Assembly: GCA_002293365.1 (NCBI GenBank)
Contig: DBDD01000334.1
Span: forward strand, 1 to 41,598
Direction: 5' to 3'
DNA length: 41,598 nucleotides
DNA from: Christensenella sp. UBA941
GTDB lineage: Bacteria; Bacillota; Clostridia; Christensenellales; UBA941
The notes under the pieces were generated by a model. The model had not been told where the DNA came from, did no database searches, and worked only from the letters and a program-made list of their open reading frames with translations. Positions 7,968 through 16,596 of the stretch are shown in pieces (the stretch's first letter is position 1; each line of letters opens with the position of its first letter). Made by a program: the position numbers and the translations under genes.

Positions 7968-8270
7968 ACCATCGCCTCCATTCGGCTAAATGTATTAGCC
8001 TATTTGGGCCAGTATAACGAATACGCGCAACGAATTATGTCGTACTAACTTAAATGAAAATGTATATATGCGCATAACGGCGGCGAAACGCGCCGACTTG
8101 TTACGCTCGGAGCGCGCCGATAGGGCTTGTCCCGCCCCACAAAATGGGTATACAAAACAAGCTCCCGTATCCGATTCGATTTTTCATCATTGCGCACCTT
8201 GCCGATCTGTAAATATTATCTGTATATTATCATAGGAAAATAGCAGAAACAAGTAGTTTTTGTGAACTTT

Positions 8271-8305
8271 TGCGATAATTCTATGCAAATATGCGATAAT
8301 TCTAT
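8271..8305. repeat. two exact 14-nt direct repeats TGCGATAATTCTAT, 21 nt apart (operator-like)
   Basis: Copies at 8271-8284 and 8292-8305, inside the divergent regulatory region between 7967 and 8462. Confidence 0.8.
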
Positions 8306-8386
8306 CGTTGTACGCTACTGACGTTCGTCATATATCTGTGCCGTCGCCGTCATGAAAAAATACTTTTCGACATGGCAAAATGTTCC

Positions 8387-8416
8387 TTGACAAAACAAAT
8401 GGTGCGCCCATATAAT
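8387..8416 (+). promoter_or_regulatory. sigmaA-type promoter of the RHH-antirepressor operon
   Basis: TTGACA-18 nt-TATAAT. The spacer contains GTGCGCC (8402-8408). Confidence 0.6.
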
Positions 8417-8418
8417 AT

Positions 8419-8450
8419 TTACGTAATATATTGAGTTAATGATTACGTAA
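8419..8450. promoter_or_regulatory. inverted repeat TTACGTAAT ... ATTACGTAA just downstream of the -10 (operator candidate)
   Basis: Perfect 9-nt arms at 8419-8427 and 8442-8450, each containing the palindrome TACGTA. Confidence 0.5.
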
Positions 8451-8461
8451 CATGGAAGGAG

Positions 8462-8653
8462 GTGGACGACACGCCACGCGGGAAAGTTACCGACGATCCC
8501 AAGTTTATACGCTTGGAGATAAGACTTACCGAAGACACAAAGGCGATGCTCGATTATTGCGCGGAAGCAAACGGATACTCAATGGCCGAAGGAATTAGAC
8601 GCGGCATAGCCATGTTGTATCAGCAAACTATAGGCGACGAAACAAAAGAATAG
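8462..8653 (+). CDS. ribbon-helix-helix (Arc/Mnt/CopG-like) DNA-binding protein
   Basis: KFIRLEIRLTEDTKAMLDYCAEANGYSMAEGIRRGIAMLY fits a strand-helix-helix pattern. The GTG start abuts GGAAGGAGG, so the exact start is uncertain. Confidence 0.7.
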   Translation: MDDTPRGKVTDDPKFIRLEIRLTEDTKAMLDYCAEANGYSMAEGIRRGIAMLYQQTIGDETKE

Positions 8654-8683
8654 TGCGCCCATCCGACCAAAGAGCGGCGCACT
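8652..8683. promoter_or_regulatory. 8-bp inverted repeat AGTGCGCC / GGCGCACT between the RHH and antirepressor genes
   Basis: Arms at 8652-8659 and 8676-8683 with a 16-nt loop. Shares the GTGCGCC half-site with the promoter spacer. Confidence 0.5.
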
Positions 8684-8769
8684 AAACCCCAAAACAGCCC
8701 GAAGGTTGTCTACAGGTATAATAACACGTAGGCTCCTTCCGGGCAACAAGAAAAAAGAAGGAGCTAACG

Positions 8770-9549
8770 ATGCAAAAATTACAACTGATAAAGTCGGCCA
8801 ATTTTGGCGAAGTAACGTGCGATATCTACGAGGGCGGCGACGAGTTTTTTATGACGCGGGAGCAGATCGGGCGGGCGCTGGAATATGCGAATCCACGAGA
8901 TTCCATTAAAACGCTACATTCCCGATTCAAAGAAAGGCTTAACACGTTGGGTTTTTCGAGGAGGGTTCAAATCGATACCCCTTCCGGGAGACAGACCGCA
9001 ACCGTCTACACCCGTAAAGGTGTTATGGAAATCTGCCGTCATAGCGAACAGCCCAAAGCCGACGCTTTTATGGACTGGGTATGGGACGTGATGGACGGGC
9101 TGATTACCGGGCGCACAAAGGCCGTTCCCGCCGCCGAACTTGAACGCATTCGTATCCAAGCGCAAGCCGACCGTTCCAAAGCAATGCTTATGAACGCGCA
9201 AAACCGAACGCTCAAAACGCTCATGGGCACCATCTCGGACAAAAAGCTCTCATCCATCGCTGTCGAAGTATTTGGCTTGAAGTCCATCGAAGAGGCTACG
9301 GGCATTAACATGGGCCAATATCTGCCCGAATGCGAAAAGACGTTCAGCGCAACGGAGATAGGAATGCAGCTTGGCGGCATAAAGTCGGCCAAAATTGGCG
9401 CACTCGCCAATAAGCACGGCCTAAAAACGAAAGAGTATGGGATTATGGTTATGGACAAATCGCCTTATAGCAGCAAGGAAGTACCGAACTTTCGATATTA
9501 CGCGAACGTCGTTCCCGTCTTGCGCAAGATTCTGGACGAAAGCGTGTAG
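8770..9549 (+). CDS. phage antirepressor (Bro-N N-terminal domain plus antirepressor-type C-terminal domain)
   Basis: ANFGEVTCDIYEGGDEFFMTREQIGRALEYANPRDSIKTLHSRFKERL is Bro-N-like. RBS AAGGAG. Confidence 0.8.
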   Translation: MQKLQLIKSANFGEVTCDIYEGGDEFFMTREQIGRALEYANPRDSIKTLHSRFKERLNTLGFSRRVQIDTPSGRQTATVYTRKGVMEICRHSEQPKADAFMDWVWDVMDGLITGRTKAVPAAELERIRIQAQADRSKAMLMNAQNRTLKTLMGTISDKKLSSIAVEVFGLKSIEEATGINMGQYLPECEKTFSATEIGMQLGGIKSAKIGALANKHGLKTKEYGIMVMDKSPYSSKEVPNFRYYANVVPVLRKILDESV

Positions 9550-9592
9550 GACAACAGCGCAAATGCGCCAGAATAGAGCAAGCGTAAACAAA

Positions 9593-9612
9593 CCGCCCTT
9601 TGACCGGGGCGG
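9593..9612. terminator. hairpin between convergent genes (bidirectional terminator candidate)
   Basis: CCGCCC-TTTGACCG-GGGCGG. The minus-strand copy is followed by TTTGTTTAC. Confidence 0.55.
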
Positions 9613-9643
9613 CTTGTGGGGTGTAAATACTATAGCTATGCGC

Positions 9644-10906
9644 TCAATCCAGAGTAACAAAATCTTCGCGAAGATATCCTTCCATCCCGTCGATACTGAC
9701 TTCGTACCAGTCCCCATCTTCACCTAAAATCGTTGCGCTTGACGGCTCCCCGACCTTACCGACCACATCGTAGTCTGTACCGGGGCCAGCGCGAAGATTG
9801 ATATCTTCGCCGTTAAGGGAGGCGGTACGAGGGGCGGGGTCGGAATCGGTTGGTTCGGCGGGTGCGGAGTTATCGCCGTACAGGCAGAACCACGCACTAT
9901 CATCAAACCTTGCCAGCGGACTATCTTCATCCTTTGGAACAACGCAATATATCCAACCTTTTGCCGTACCACCTTCGTATATTTCGGCCCCAAACTTATC
10001 ATCAAAAACCGCGCTGTAAAACTCGGTTGAAATTTCGGAATAAGAGCTGTCGAAATATTCAAAGCGGCCAGAATACGCATCATACGCTTCTTCGTCGCTC
10101 CAAGCGTTTAACACGAGCGTAACGTTGAATAGCAACAGTTCGCCATCCTCCGGCTTTTCGTTGTATCTGTTCCCTTCCTTCACGACCTCCCACGCTTCGT
10201 TGCCGCGCAAAACTTCGTTGATTGTTATCGTAAAGCTACCGTCCCCAGAATAGCTAGACAAGTCGAAGTCTACGGCTTGTCCAATCGGCGCGGGCATAGT
10301 GCGTGAACCTACCGTCGCGGCTTCGGCGTCTGCTGCTTCATCGTATTGTTCAATCGACGTTGCAAGGAATTTCGGAATCGTCATGCTGCCGCCCATGATT
10401 GTTTCGTATGTTTCCATGCCATCCATTACCCCGTACATGGTAACGATATCGTTTTCGAGAATCCGATTATTGTTGCTCATGCCGGGATAGATAACATAGA
10501 TGGTGTCGCGGTAGGAACTGCCTACCTTTGTGACATTTGCGCGAAGCGTTGCACCCACACCTGTTGAGTCCGCGACAACTTGGATTATCTCGCCTGTGAA
10601 CTTTGCCTTTGCGCCTACGTAATTGTCGGGTGTTCGGGCGATATCCTCATACGCCAATGCTTGAAATTCATCATTTGCGGTAGTCGATTCACTCAATCCG
10701 GGTTCTGCGGAGCCGGTGTCGATCAGGCTTAGATTGGCTTCGGCATCCTCTCCGTCGCCGCCCTCGTATACGGCGAGACGGGCTTGCAGCGCATCTCTCT
10801 CCGCAACAATCTTGTCGTATTCTTCTTGCGATACTCCGGCGCTAACCGGCGCGGCACAACCAGTCAGCAACAACAGACAAATCAACAAAACAAGGATTCT
10901 CTTCAC
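9644..10906 (-). CDS. secreted lipoprotein with C-terminal bacterial SH3 domain (moron-type cargo)
   Basis: MKRILVLLICLLLLTGC is a signal peptide plus lipobox. C-terminus LNGEDINLRAGPGTDYDVVGKV...WYEVSIDGMEGYL is SH3b-like. Has its own promoter. Confidence 0.8.
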   Translation of the reverse strand: MKRILVLLICLLLLTGCAAPVSAGVSQEEYDKIVAERDALQARLAVYEGGDGEDAEANLSLIDTGSAEPGLSESTTANDEFQALAYEDIARTPDNYVGAKAKFTGEIIQVVADSTGVGATLRANVTKVGSSYRDTIYVIYPGMSNNNRILENDIVTMYGVMDGMETYETIMGGSMTIPKFLATSIEQYDEAADAEAATVGSRTMPAPIGQAVDFDLSSYSGDGSFTITINEVLRGNEAWEVVKEGNRYNEKPEDGELLLFNVTLVLNAWSDEEAYDAYSGRFEYFDSSYSEISTEFYSAVFDDKFGAEIYEGGTAKGWIYCVVPKDEDSPLARFDDSAWFCLYGDNSAPAEPTDSDPAPRTASLNGEDINLRAGPGTDYDVVGKVGEPSSATILGEDGDWYEVSIDGMEGYLREDFVTLD

Positions 10907-10977
10907 GGTAAACCCTCTCTTTCGTATCGCGCCGCCAAAGATGCTATCTGTTTTTGTCTGGACGCTTTGATGGATAT

Positions 10978-11006
10978 ATTGTACCCAAAAACAGGATTCT
11001 TAGCAA
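10978..11006 (-). promoter_or_regulatory. promoter of the lipoprotein gene
   Basis: Minus strand reads TTGCTA-17 nt-TACAAT. Confidence 0.5.
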
Positions 11007-11138
11007 TAGAAAAGCCCGTTGCCTTGCTCATAATATACGGTTTGTATATTTTAGATTTCCTGCGTACTATATATAGCGGCTGTGCGAACACGCAAACAAG
11101 TGGTATAGTGAATACAAAGATGCCATTCGGAGGTCGCC

Positions 11139-11342
11139 ATGTACAGGTCATTTTCCGGCTATTGCCCCACGCAAGACAAGAAAACAACGATTGACATAAA
11201 TTATAAGGACGCATCAGATACCCAGAGCAGGATATTCATTAGGGGCTTGATAAGTTGCGATTACGTCAAGCGCGGCGGCGATTGCTCTCTGCCAAAGGGT
11301 TGCCCGATACGAGCAAGTGCGCCGGAGGAATTACGTGGTTAA
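11139..11342 (+). CDS. small hypothetical protein (67 aa)
   Basis: ATG 5 nt after GGAGG. Upstream TGGTATAGT is an extended -10. Its stop overlaps the stop of the convergent 11339..11566 (TTAA). Confidence 0.4.
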   Translation: MYRSFSGYCPTQDKKTTIDINYKDASDTQSRIFIRGLISCDYVKRGGDCSLPKGCPIRASAPEELRG

Positions 11343-11566
11343 GTCCCTCCAAGCTTCGCCTCGCGTACACACACGTCCGCAAGTGTAGTTATATCAACGC
11401 TTTCGGGCATTAGCTCCAGCGTCACGACAGGGATATTGCCCGCTTCTATCGCGACGCCAGCTTTCCGTATGCGCGTAACCTCTGCGCCGTCTATAAAGAC
11501 GCGCGTTTTTCCGCATTCCCGCCGTATCTCCATATGCACTTTCTTGCGTCCGAGCCGATTATCCAT
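11339..11566 (-). CDS. small hypothetical protein following the tape measure gene
   Basis: 75-aa ORF with RBS TGGAGG. Confidence 0.6.
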   Translation of the reverse strand: MDNRLGRKKVHMEIRRECGKTRVFIDGAEVTRIRKAGVAIEAGNIPVVTLELMPESVDITTLADVCVREAKLGGT

Positions 11567-11583
11567 CTATAATAACCTCCATA

Positions 11584-14500
11584 TCAATACGTTCCGCTTG
11601 CCATCTCTGCTGCGTTCATAATCCTAATGAGCGCACGACCGGCCTCTACGTCGGTTATCCTGCCGCCGCCGTTACCTATCGAGGCCACAAGCTGCCGCAA
11701 GAGTTTGTTTGTTTCGCGCTGTAATAAAACTTGTTCACGGTTCGCGCGTTCTACGCCGCCCGTAATGCCCGCGACGATTTGCTCATTGTTCGCCACGGCG
11801 GTTCGGTTGCCCATTTGTGCGACAAGCTCCGGCCCGCGTTCGCGCGCAATAAAGAGCTGTCCCGCATCAACAAAACCGCCGGACGCAAGCTCTGGAATCG
11901 TTCGGATATTGAACCCGAACGACGAACCCCGCGCCATGCCGAGCAAATCAGCTACCCAATCGGGATAGTCGATTTTGATGGAGTTGATACCGTTCACGAT
12001 ACCGTTTATTGCACGAATAACCGTGTTGATTGCGCCCTTGAAAAAGTCGCCTATGGGGGTTGCTACTTTTTCGTTGAACCATGTAGCGACATCCTTCCAG
12101 ACCTTTTCAACGTCGGCCCATAAGTCTGTGAAGAATCCAGATATATCGCTAATAGCTGAATCGAAAGCCGTTTTAACAGGTTGAATTACCGTCGTGTCAA
12201 ACCATGTTGACACAGTGTCCCATACACCCTCAACATCTTCCCACAAGCTCTCAAAGAAACCCGATACGTCTGTCCATAAATCCTTAAAGAATCCGACTAC
12301 TGGCTTAATGACCGTAGTATCAAACCAGCCGCTTACCTCGTCCCACACGCCTTTTATATCACTCCACAAATCCGAGAAGAATTTTGAAACTGGTTTAATA
12401 ACATTCGTGTCGAACCATGTTGATACCGTATCCCACGTAGACTTAATGCCGTTCCATATTGAATCAAAGAGTGTAAGGATTAACGCTATCGGAACCCTTA
12501 CGACCTCCCATATACCGTTCGCAACTCCAGAGAACCACTCGACAGCGCCGTTCCATACACCGACAATATCATCCCAGATTCCAGTAAAGAAATCGGATAT
12601 AGGCTTTGTAACCTCTGTTTCAAACCAATCGGCAACGCCGCCCCACAGGGTTTCTATATCCGTTTTGATTCCCGTAAATGCACCGCTTACCGCGCCGCCC
12701 ACGCGCTCCATGAAAAATTCAAGGAGTGCTATTTGGTCGCCGGACGCAAGAATATCATAGAAGCCTTGTCCAAGCCGTTCGGCCATATATGCGCCCTCGT
12801 TTTCCATAAATGAAACGTCCAGCGTTCCTTCTGCTTGCCTAAACGCATCATCAATGCCGGAATAAGCCGTATGCACCGCTTGATACGACATGGCCTCGAC
12901 AGCGCGGTCGTATTCCGCGCCGGAATAATAGGATAGGCCAAGAGCGCCTAAATGGTCTTTCCATGTAGGGCTACTTGCATCTAGAGCTTGATTAAGTTGG
13001 CTTTCGTACGCAGACCTTACTTCCCCAAAGATTTCGCTAAGCTCGGTCTGTATGCCGCTTTTCTGGTTTGCAAAATCATCTATCAATATTTGCTTAATAT
13101 CGCCAAGCATTTCTACATCTTCGAGGTTTCCGGCTGCTGTGGCGGCGGCAATTGCATTGTCAATTTCGGTAATCGAAACGACCTTCGCTTGCTCTATTCC
13201 GTCTAAAAGCTCCTTGCCGATGGTTTCCATTTCGCCAATGCGCTTTTTCGCATTCTCTAAATCTCCGAAGTCGATAGGCGTATCTTTAAGGTCTGACTTC
13301 ATGAGGTTGAATTTGGTCTGCGAATCCGTAACCGAACCGGATAATTCACCCATCCGCTTCGTGAGGTCGGCTATTTCTTTGGATTGTGCCTCAAATTCGG
13401 GCGTACCCCGCGATAAACCCTTCAGCCCCTGTATGGATTCGTCTAATTGTTTCTTTAACTCCGCGAGTGAGCCTTGTGTTTCGGACGCAAAAAGATTATA
13501 GCTACCGATTAACCCCTCAATGTGTGTGGCGGTTTCGCCTGACGCCCGCGACAGAGCGCCGACCAGCGCCGTATTGATTATTTGGGATGAAAGAGTCAGT
13601 TTTTCATTTATAGTGTTGTAAAGATCGTCGAACATGCCTTTCAGCTTGTCGATATCCTCTTGCATCACCGGCGTATTTATGCCGATTGTATTCATGAATG
13701 ATTCAATCGCGATTATTGAATTGTCGATTTCCTCTTTCTTGCCGACAATTTCTACGCCCATGCGCACGATTTCTCTATTGCGCTGCGCGTCGAGCGTTTC
13801 CCCAAGCATACGCACTTGTTCAACGTATGCCTCAATCGGCGTACCGCCATTATCGAAAAGGAATGTTCCGACAAACTCCTTGCGCAATTGCTCTTGGGCG
13901 AGAATTACGCCCGTGATTGCACCCGCTACCGCGCCTATCGCAGCGACCGCCCACCCAGCGGGGCCAATTACGCTTGCAAGGATAGGCCCAACCAGCGCGA
14001 ACGAGCCCACAGCCGCGATTGCGGCGGCAAGGAAGGGGTCAACGCCGTTCATAACCATTGCGTATGCCCCGGTTGCTGCGATTGCGAAAGCGGCGACAAA
14101 GCCAGCCAGCGCCGCCTTTACGGCGTCGATGCCTCCGAGCAGCCCGCCTTTTCCGATTGCTGTGGCAACCTTACTAAGAGCGCCTATGAAGTCCAGAATT
14201 TTATCAACGAGCCAAAGCCCCGCCAGCGCCGCCGCAATCGTTTTTATGAGCGGCAACCAGCGTTCAAACTCTTTTATGATATCGTCTATCTGACTTTGCA
14301 GATCGCCCAAAAAGTCATACTCGAACTTGCTTAAATCGAAGTCCTCTATAGCGTCCCAATCGACGGACGAACCACCACCAGCGCCACTCGCCCCGCCGCC
14401 CGACTGAGACTGAATCAAATTGATCTGGTCGAAACCGGCAAGTAGGCCCTTCAATTCTTTTGCTTTATCCGACGCGCCGCCTAGTCCATCTTCGAGGTCG

Positions 14501-16026
14501 CCAACAGCGCCTCCAGCGTCCTCAAGGCCGGAATAATCAATCGTTGGCAGTTCAAAGCCAAACAATGTAGCGAGCGCCTGTATCGCGGTCGTTAATACTC
14601 TCACAAAGGCTATCACATAGGGAATAACCTCTATGAGAATCGGAATAAACAGATTACCCAGCGCGCGCGTGAGCTGCTTAATTTGACCATCCAGAATACG
14701 CATTGCATTAGCTGGCGTCATGATAGTACGCGCCATGTCGCCCAAAGCGTTTGTGCTTTGCTGCATTATGGCGATGTAGCGCAACATGCCCTTGTCGGCT
14801 TCGGTCATGTTCGCGACTTTTTGCTCGATGCCGAGCGAAAGAGCTATCTCTTCGAGTTTCGCCTGTGACAAGGCCATGCCCCAGCGCCTTAATGGTTCGA
14901 TCTCCCCAGCAATACCGCTTTGCAGTTTCGTCATTGCTTCTTCGACAGGGGCATTGAAATACGAGGATAAATCGTAACCTAATTGAGTGAGTGTTTTGCT
15001 CATGGAGTAGGCTTTATCTTCGACCACGCCAAACCCGGTCGCCAACTGCATGAACATGCCTTGATTACGTATCCACTCGGACATATCTATGCCCATAACG
15101 TCCTGCACCTTTTCAGCATAACGCATGGCTTCATCCGCATACTCGCCCATCGACACCGTAAACAGATTAACGTTCTCAACAAAAGCATTAGACTGATCTA
15201 TCCAGCCTTTGAGTACGCCGCCTACGCGCTTTATAGCGTAGGTAATTACACCGAGCTTCGCTATAGTGCCGGTCGCCGAATTGCCGAATAACCCCGTACT
15301 CTTTGCAGCCTTACTCATAGCCGGGGAAAGCGCGTGCGCCGCCTTTGCCAGCGCGTTAAGGCGGGCCGTACCGATGTTGGACGTTGCATTGTTCAGCCTG
15401 TGTAGCGCCGCCGCCAGCTTGTCTATGTTTGTAAATATGACATTGGAAATAGGCTTGATCTTGCCAAGCGCGCCCAAAGACGTAACGAGTTTGGCGATAC
15501 CGGCAAACTGAATACGGTCGAGCCCCGCGAAACTCTGCATACCCGTGCCCAATTGGTCGAGGTTCGCGACAAGTTGCGGGTTTACGGGCTTAACTTCGCC
15601 GATCTCGTTAAGCGCATTCGTGATGTTTGTGAGCGAATCGCCCAGCGTTTTCGAGACTTTGACGCCATCCAGTTTTCTTAAAGATTCGGCTACTTGATTA
15701 ACGCCCTCGTAATTGGCGTCGGCGCTGAAAGAGCCTATAGATTTTCCGATATCCGATAGGTTGGTTTTGATAGTGGAACTTATTTTTACACCGTCTAAGG
15801 CTTTTATGGAATCTGAAATTTGTTTAAGTGTGCTTGGAGCATCGGCGGTTCCGTTAATCGCGACATTAATTCGTTCAAGTGACTTGGCTATAGAATTAAG
15901 GCCAGCGCCGCCACGTGCCGCCGACCTAATGGTTGCGAGTGCGGCACCGATGCCGTTAAGCCCCTTAACAGCCTGCGCTGAATTGTCATCGATCTGTACA
16001 GATAACGAATCAACATTGACCGACAC
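11584..16026 (-). CDS. tail tape measure protein
   Basis: 1480 aa. Downstream of the G/G-T chaperone pair. Has a central hydrophobic segment, a long helical region and W/F-periodic C-terminal repeats. Confidence 0.9.
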   Translation of the reverse strand: MSVNVDSLSVQIDDNSAQAVKGLNGIGAALATIRSAARGGAGLNSIAKSLERINVAINGTADAPSTLKQISDSIKALDGVKISSTIKTNLSDIGKSIGSFSADANYEGVNQVAESLRKLDGVKVSKTLGDSLTNITNALNEIGEVKPVNPQLVANLDQLGTGMQSFAGLDRIQFAGIAKLVTSLGALGKIKPISNVIFTNIDKLAAALHRLNNATSNIGTARLNALAKAAHALSPAMSKAAKSTGLFGNSATGTIAKLGVITYAIKRVGGVLKGWIDQSNAFVENVNLFTVSMGEYADEAMRYAEKVQDVMGIDMSEWIRNQGMFMQLATGFGVVEDKAYSMSKTLTQLGYDLSSYFNAPVEEAMTKLQSGIAGEIEPLRRWGMALSQAKLEEIALSLGIEQKVANMTEADKGMLRYIAIMQQSTNALGDMARTIMTPANAMRILDGQIKQLTRALGNLFIPILIEVIPYVIAFVRVLTTAIQALATLFGFELPTIDYSGLEDAGGAVGDLEDGLGGASDKAKELKGLLAGFDQINLIQSQSGGGASGAGGGSSVDWDAIEDFDLSKFEYDFLGDLQSQIDDIIKEFERWLPLIKTIAAALAGLWLVDKILDFIGALSKVATAIGKGGLLGGIDAVKAALAGFVAAFAIAATGAYAMVMNGVDPFLAAAIAAVGSFALVGPILASVIGPAGWAVAAIGAVAGAITGVILAQEQLRKEFVGTFLFDNGGTPIEAYVEQVRMLGETLDAQRNREIVRMGVEIVGKKEEIDNSIIAIESFMNTIGINTPVMQEDIDKLKGMFDDLYNTINEKLTLSSQIINTALVGALSRASGETATHIEGLIGSYNLFASETQGSLAELKKQLDESIQGLKGLSRGTPEFEAQSKEIADLTKRMGELSGSVTDSQTKFNLMKSDLKDTPIDFGDLENAKKRIGEMETIGKELLDGIEQAKVVSITEIDNAIAAATAAGNLEDVEMLGDIKQILIDDFANQKSGIQTELSEIFGEVRSAYESQLNQALDASSPTWKDHLGALGLSYYSGAEYDRAVEAMSYQAVHTAYSGIDDAFRQAEGTLDVSFMENEGAYMAERLGQGFYDILASGDQIALLEFFMERVGGAVSGAFTGIKTDIETLWGGVADWFETEVTKPISDFFTGIWDDIVGVWNGAVEWFSGVANGIWEVVRVPIALILTLFDSIWNGIKSTWDTVSTWFDTNVIKPVSKFFSDLWSDIKGVWDEVSGWFDTTVIKPVVGFFKDLWTDVSGFFESLWEDVEGVWDTVSTWFDTTVIQPVKTAFDSAISDISGFFTDLWADVEKVWKDVATWFNEKVATPIGDFFKGAINTVIRAINGIVNGINSIKIDYPDWVADLLGMARGSSFGFNIRTIPELASGGFVDAGQLFIARERGPELVAQMGNRTAVANNEQIVAGITGGVERANREQVLLQRETNKLLRQLVASIGNGGGRITDVEAGRALIRIMNAAEMASGTY
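12035..12665 (-). repeat. degenerate tandem coding repeats in the tape measure (W-F-x-x-x-V-x-x-P-x-x-x-F-F-x-x-x-W units)
   Basis: At least 5 units such as WFDTNVIKPVSKFFSDLWSDIKGVW, WFDTTVIKPVVGFFKDLWTDV, WFDTTVIQPVKTAF. Boundaries are approximate. Confidence 0.6.
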
Positions 16027-16072
16027 ATCGCGGTACGGCGCTCACGGGCGCTCGGCTCCCTTCCTATACTGT

Positions 16073-16549
16073 CTACAGCGCCGCCTTGCACTTCATACAC
16101 ACGCTGCGCCTCGTCTGGTACGTATCGCAATGCGGACAGATAATCATTTCGCTACCATCGGCAGATAAGAGCATTGAAGCCCGCGCAGCCTCGTTCTCTC
16201 TATCGCTGGCGCGTTCCAAATTGGAGAAATAGGCGATTATTTTGTTCTGTTCCGCGCGCTCCTTCGCTGCTTTTTCTTGCGGCGATAGCGGCGTTATGCG
16301 AATCGGTTCTTTTATGTAGTCTTGGGCACGCGTTCCCTTTTTGCGGAGGGCGTTGCTAATGGCGACACTTACTCCATCGAAGAAATACAGCCCTTGTAGC
16401 CAAGCGAATTGGCTTTCTTGTTCGAGCCGCAAATCATATGCTCGGCGATATTCAACAGCCGCCCACGTTTCGCCATACCAAAATTCTTTGCGCGGCATAC
16501 CCATAGCCATATAGACAGGGCATAGCCTCTCGAATTCGTCACCCCACAA
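16073..16549 (-). CDS. tail assembly chaperone T segment (expressed as a G-T fusion by -1 frameshift)
   Basis: Its frame stays open upstream to the slippery site and lies -1 relative to 16597..17007. Confidence 0.65.
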   Translation of the reverse strand: MWGDEFERLCPVYMAMGMPRKEFWYGETWAAVEYRRAYDLRLEQESQFAWLQGLYFFDGVSVAISNALRKKGTRAQDYIKEPIRITPLSPQEKAAKERAEQNKIIAYFSNLERASDRENEAARASMLLSADGSEMIICPHCDTYQTRRSVCMKCKAAL

Positions 16550-16596
16550 GCCGATTATTTCCGCGCCGTCGTGCTCGTCTGGATCGCGCTGCTCGT

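Noticed and set aside
8706-8909. 67-aa plus-strand ORF overlapping the start of the antirepressor gene
   Set aside because: It is out of frame with the Bro-N gene, which has a strong AAGGAG RBS and a recognisable domain.
10903-11214. 103-aa minus-strand ORF
   Set aside because: It covers the AT-rich promoter region of the lipoprotein gene and has no RBS. It conflicts with the promoter and the plus-strand small ORF.
11627-15511. Many plus-strand ORFs of 60-219 aa (for example 12194..12760, 13634..14293, 13816..14334)
   Set aside because: All lie antisense to the 1480-aa tape measure gene. They have low-complexity S/P/A/T-rich translations and no RBS. They are shadow ORFs of a repeat-rich gene.
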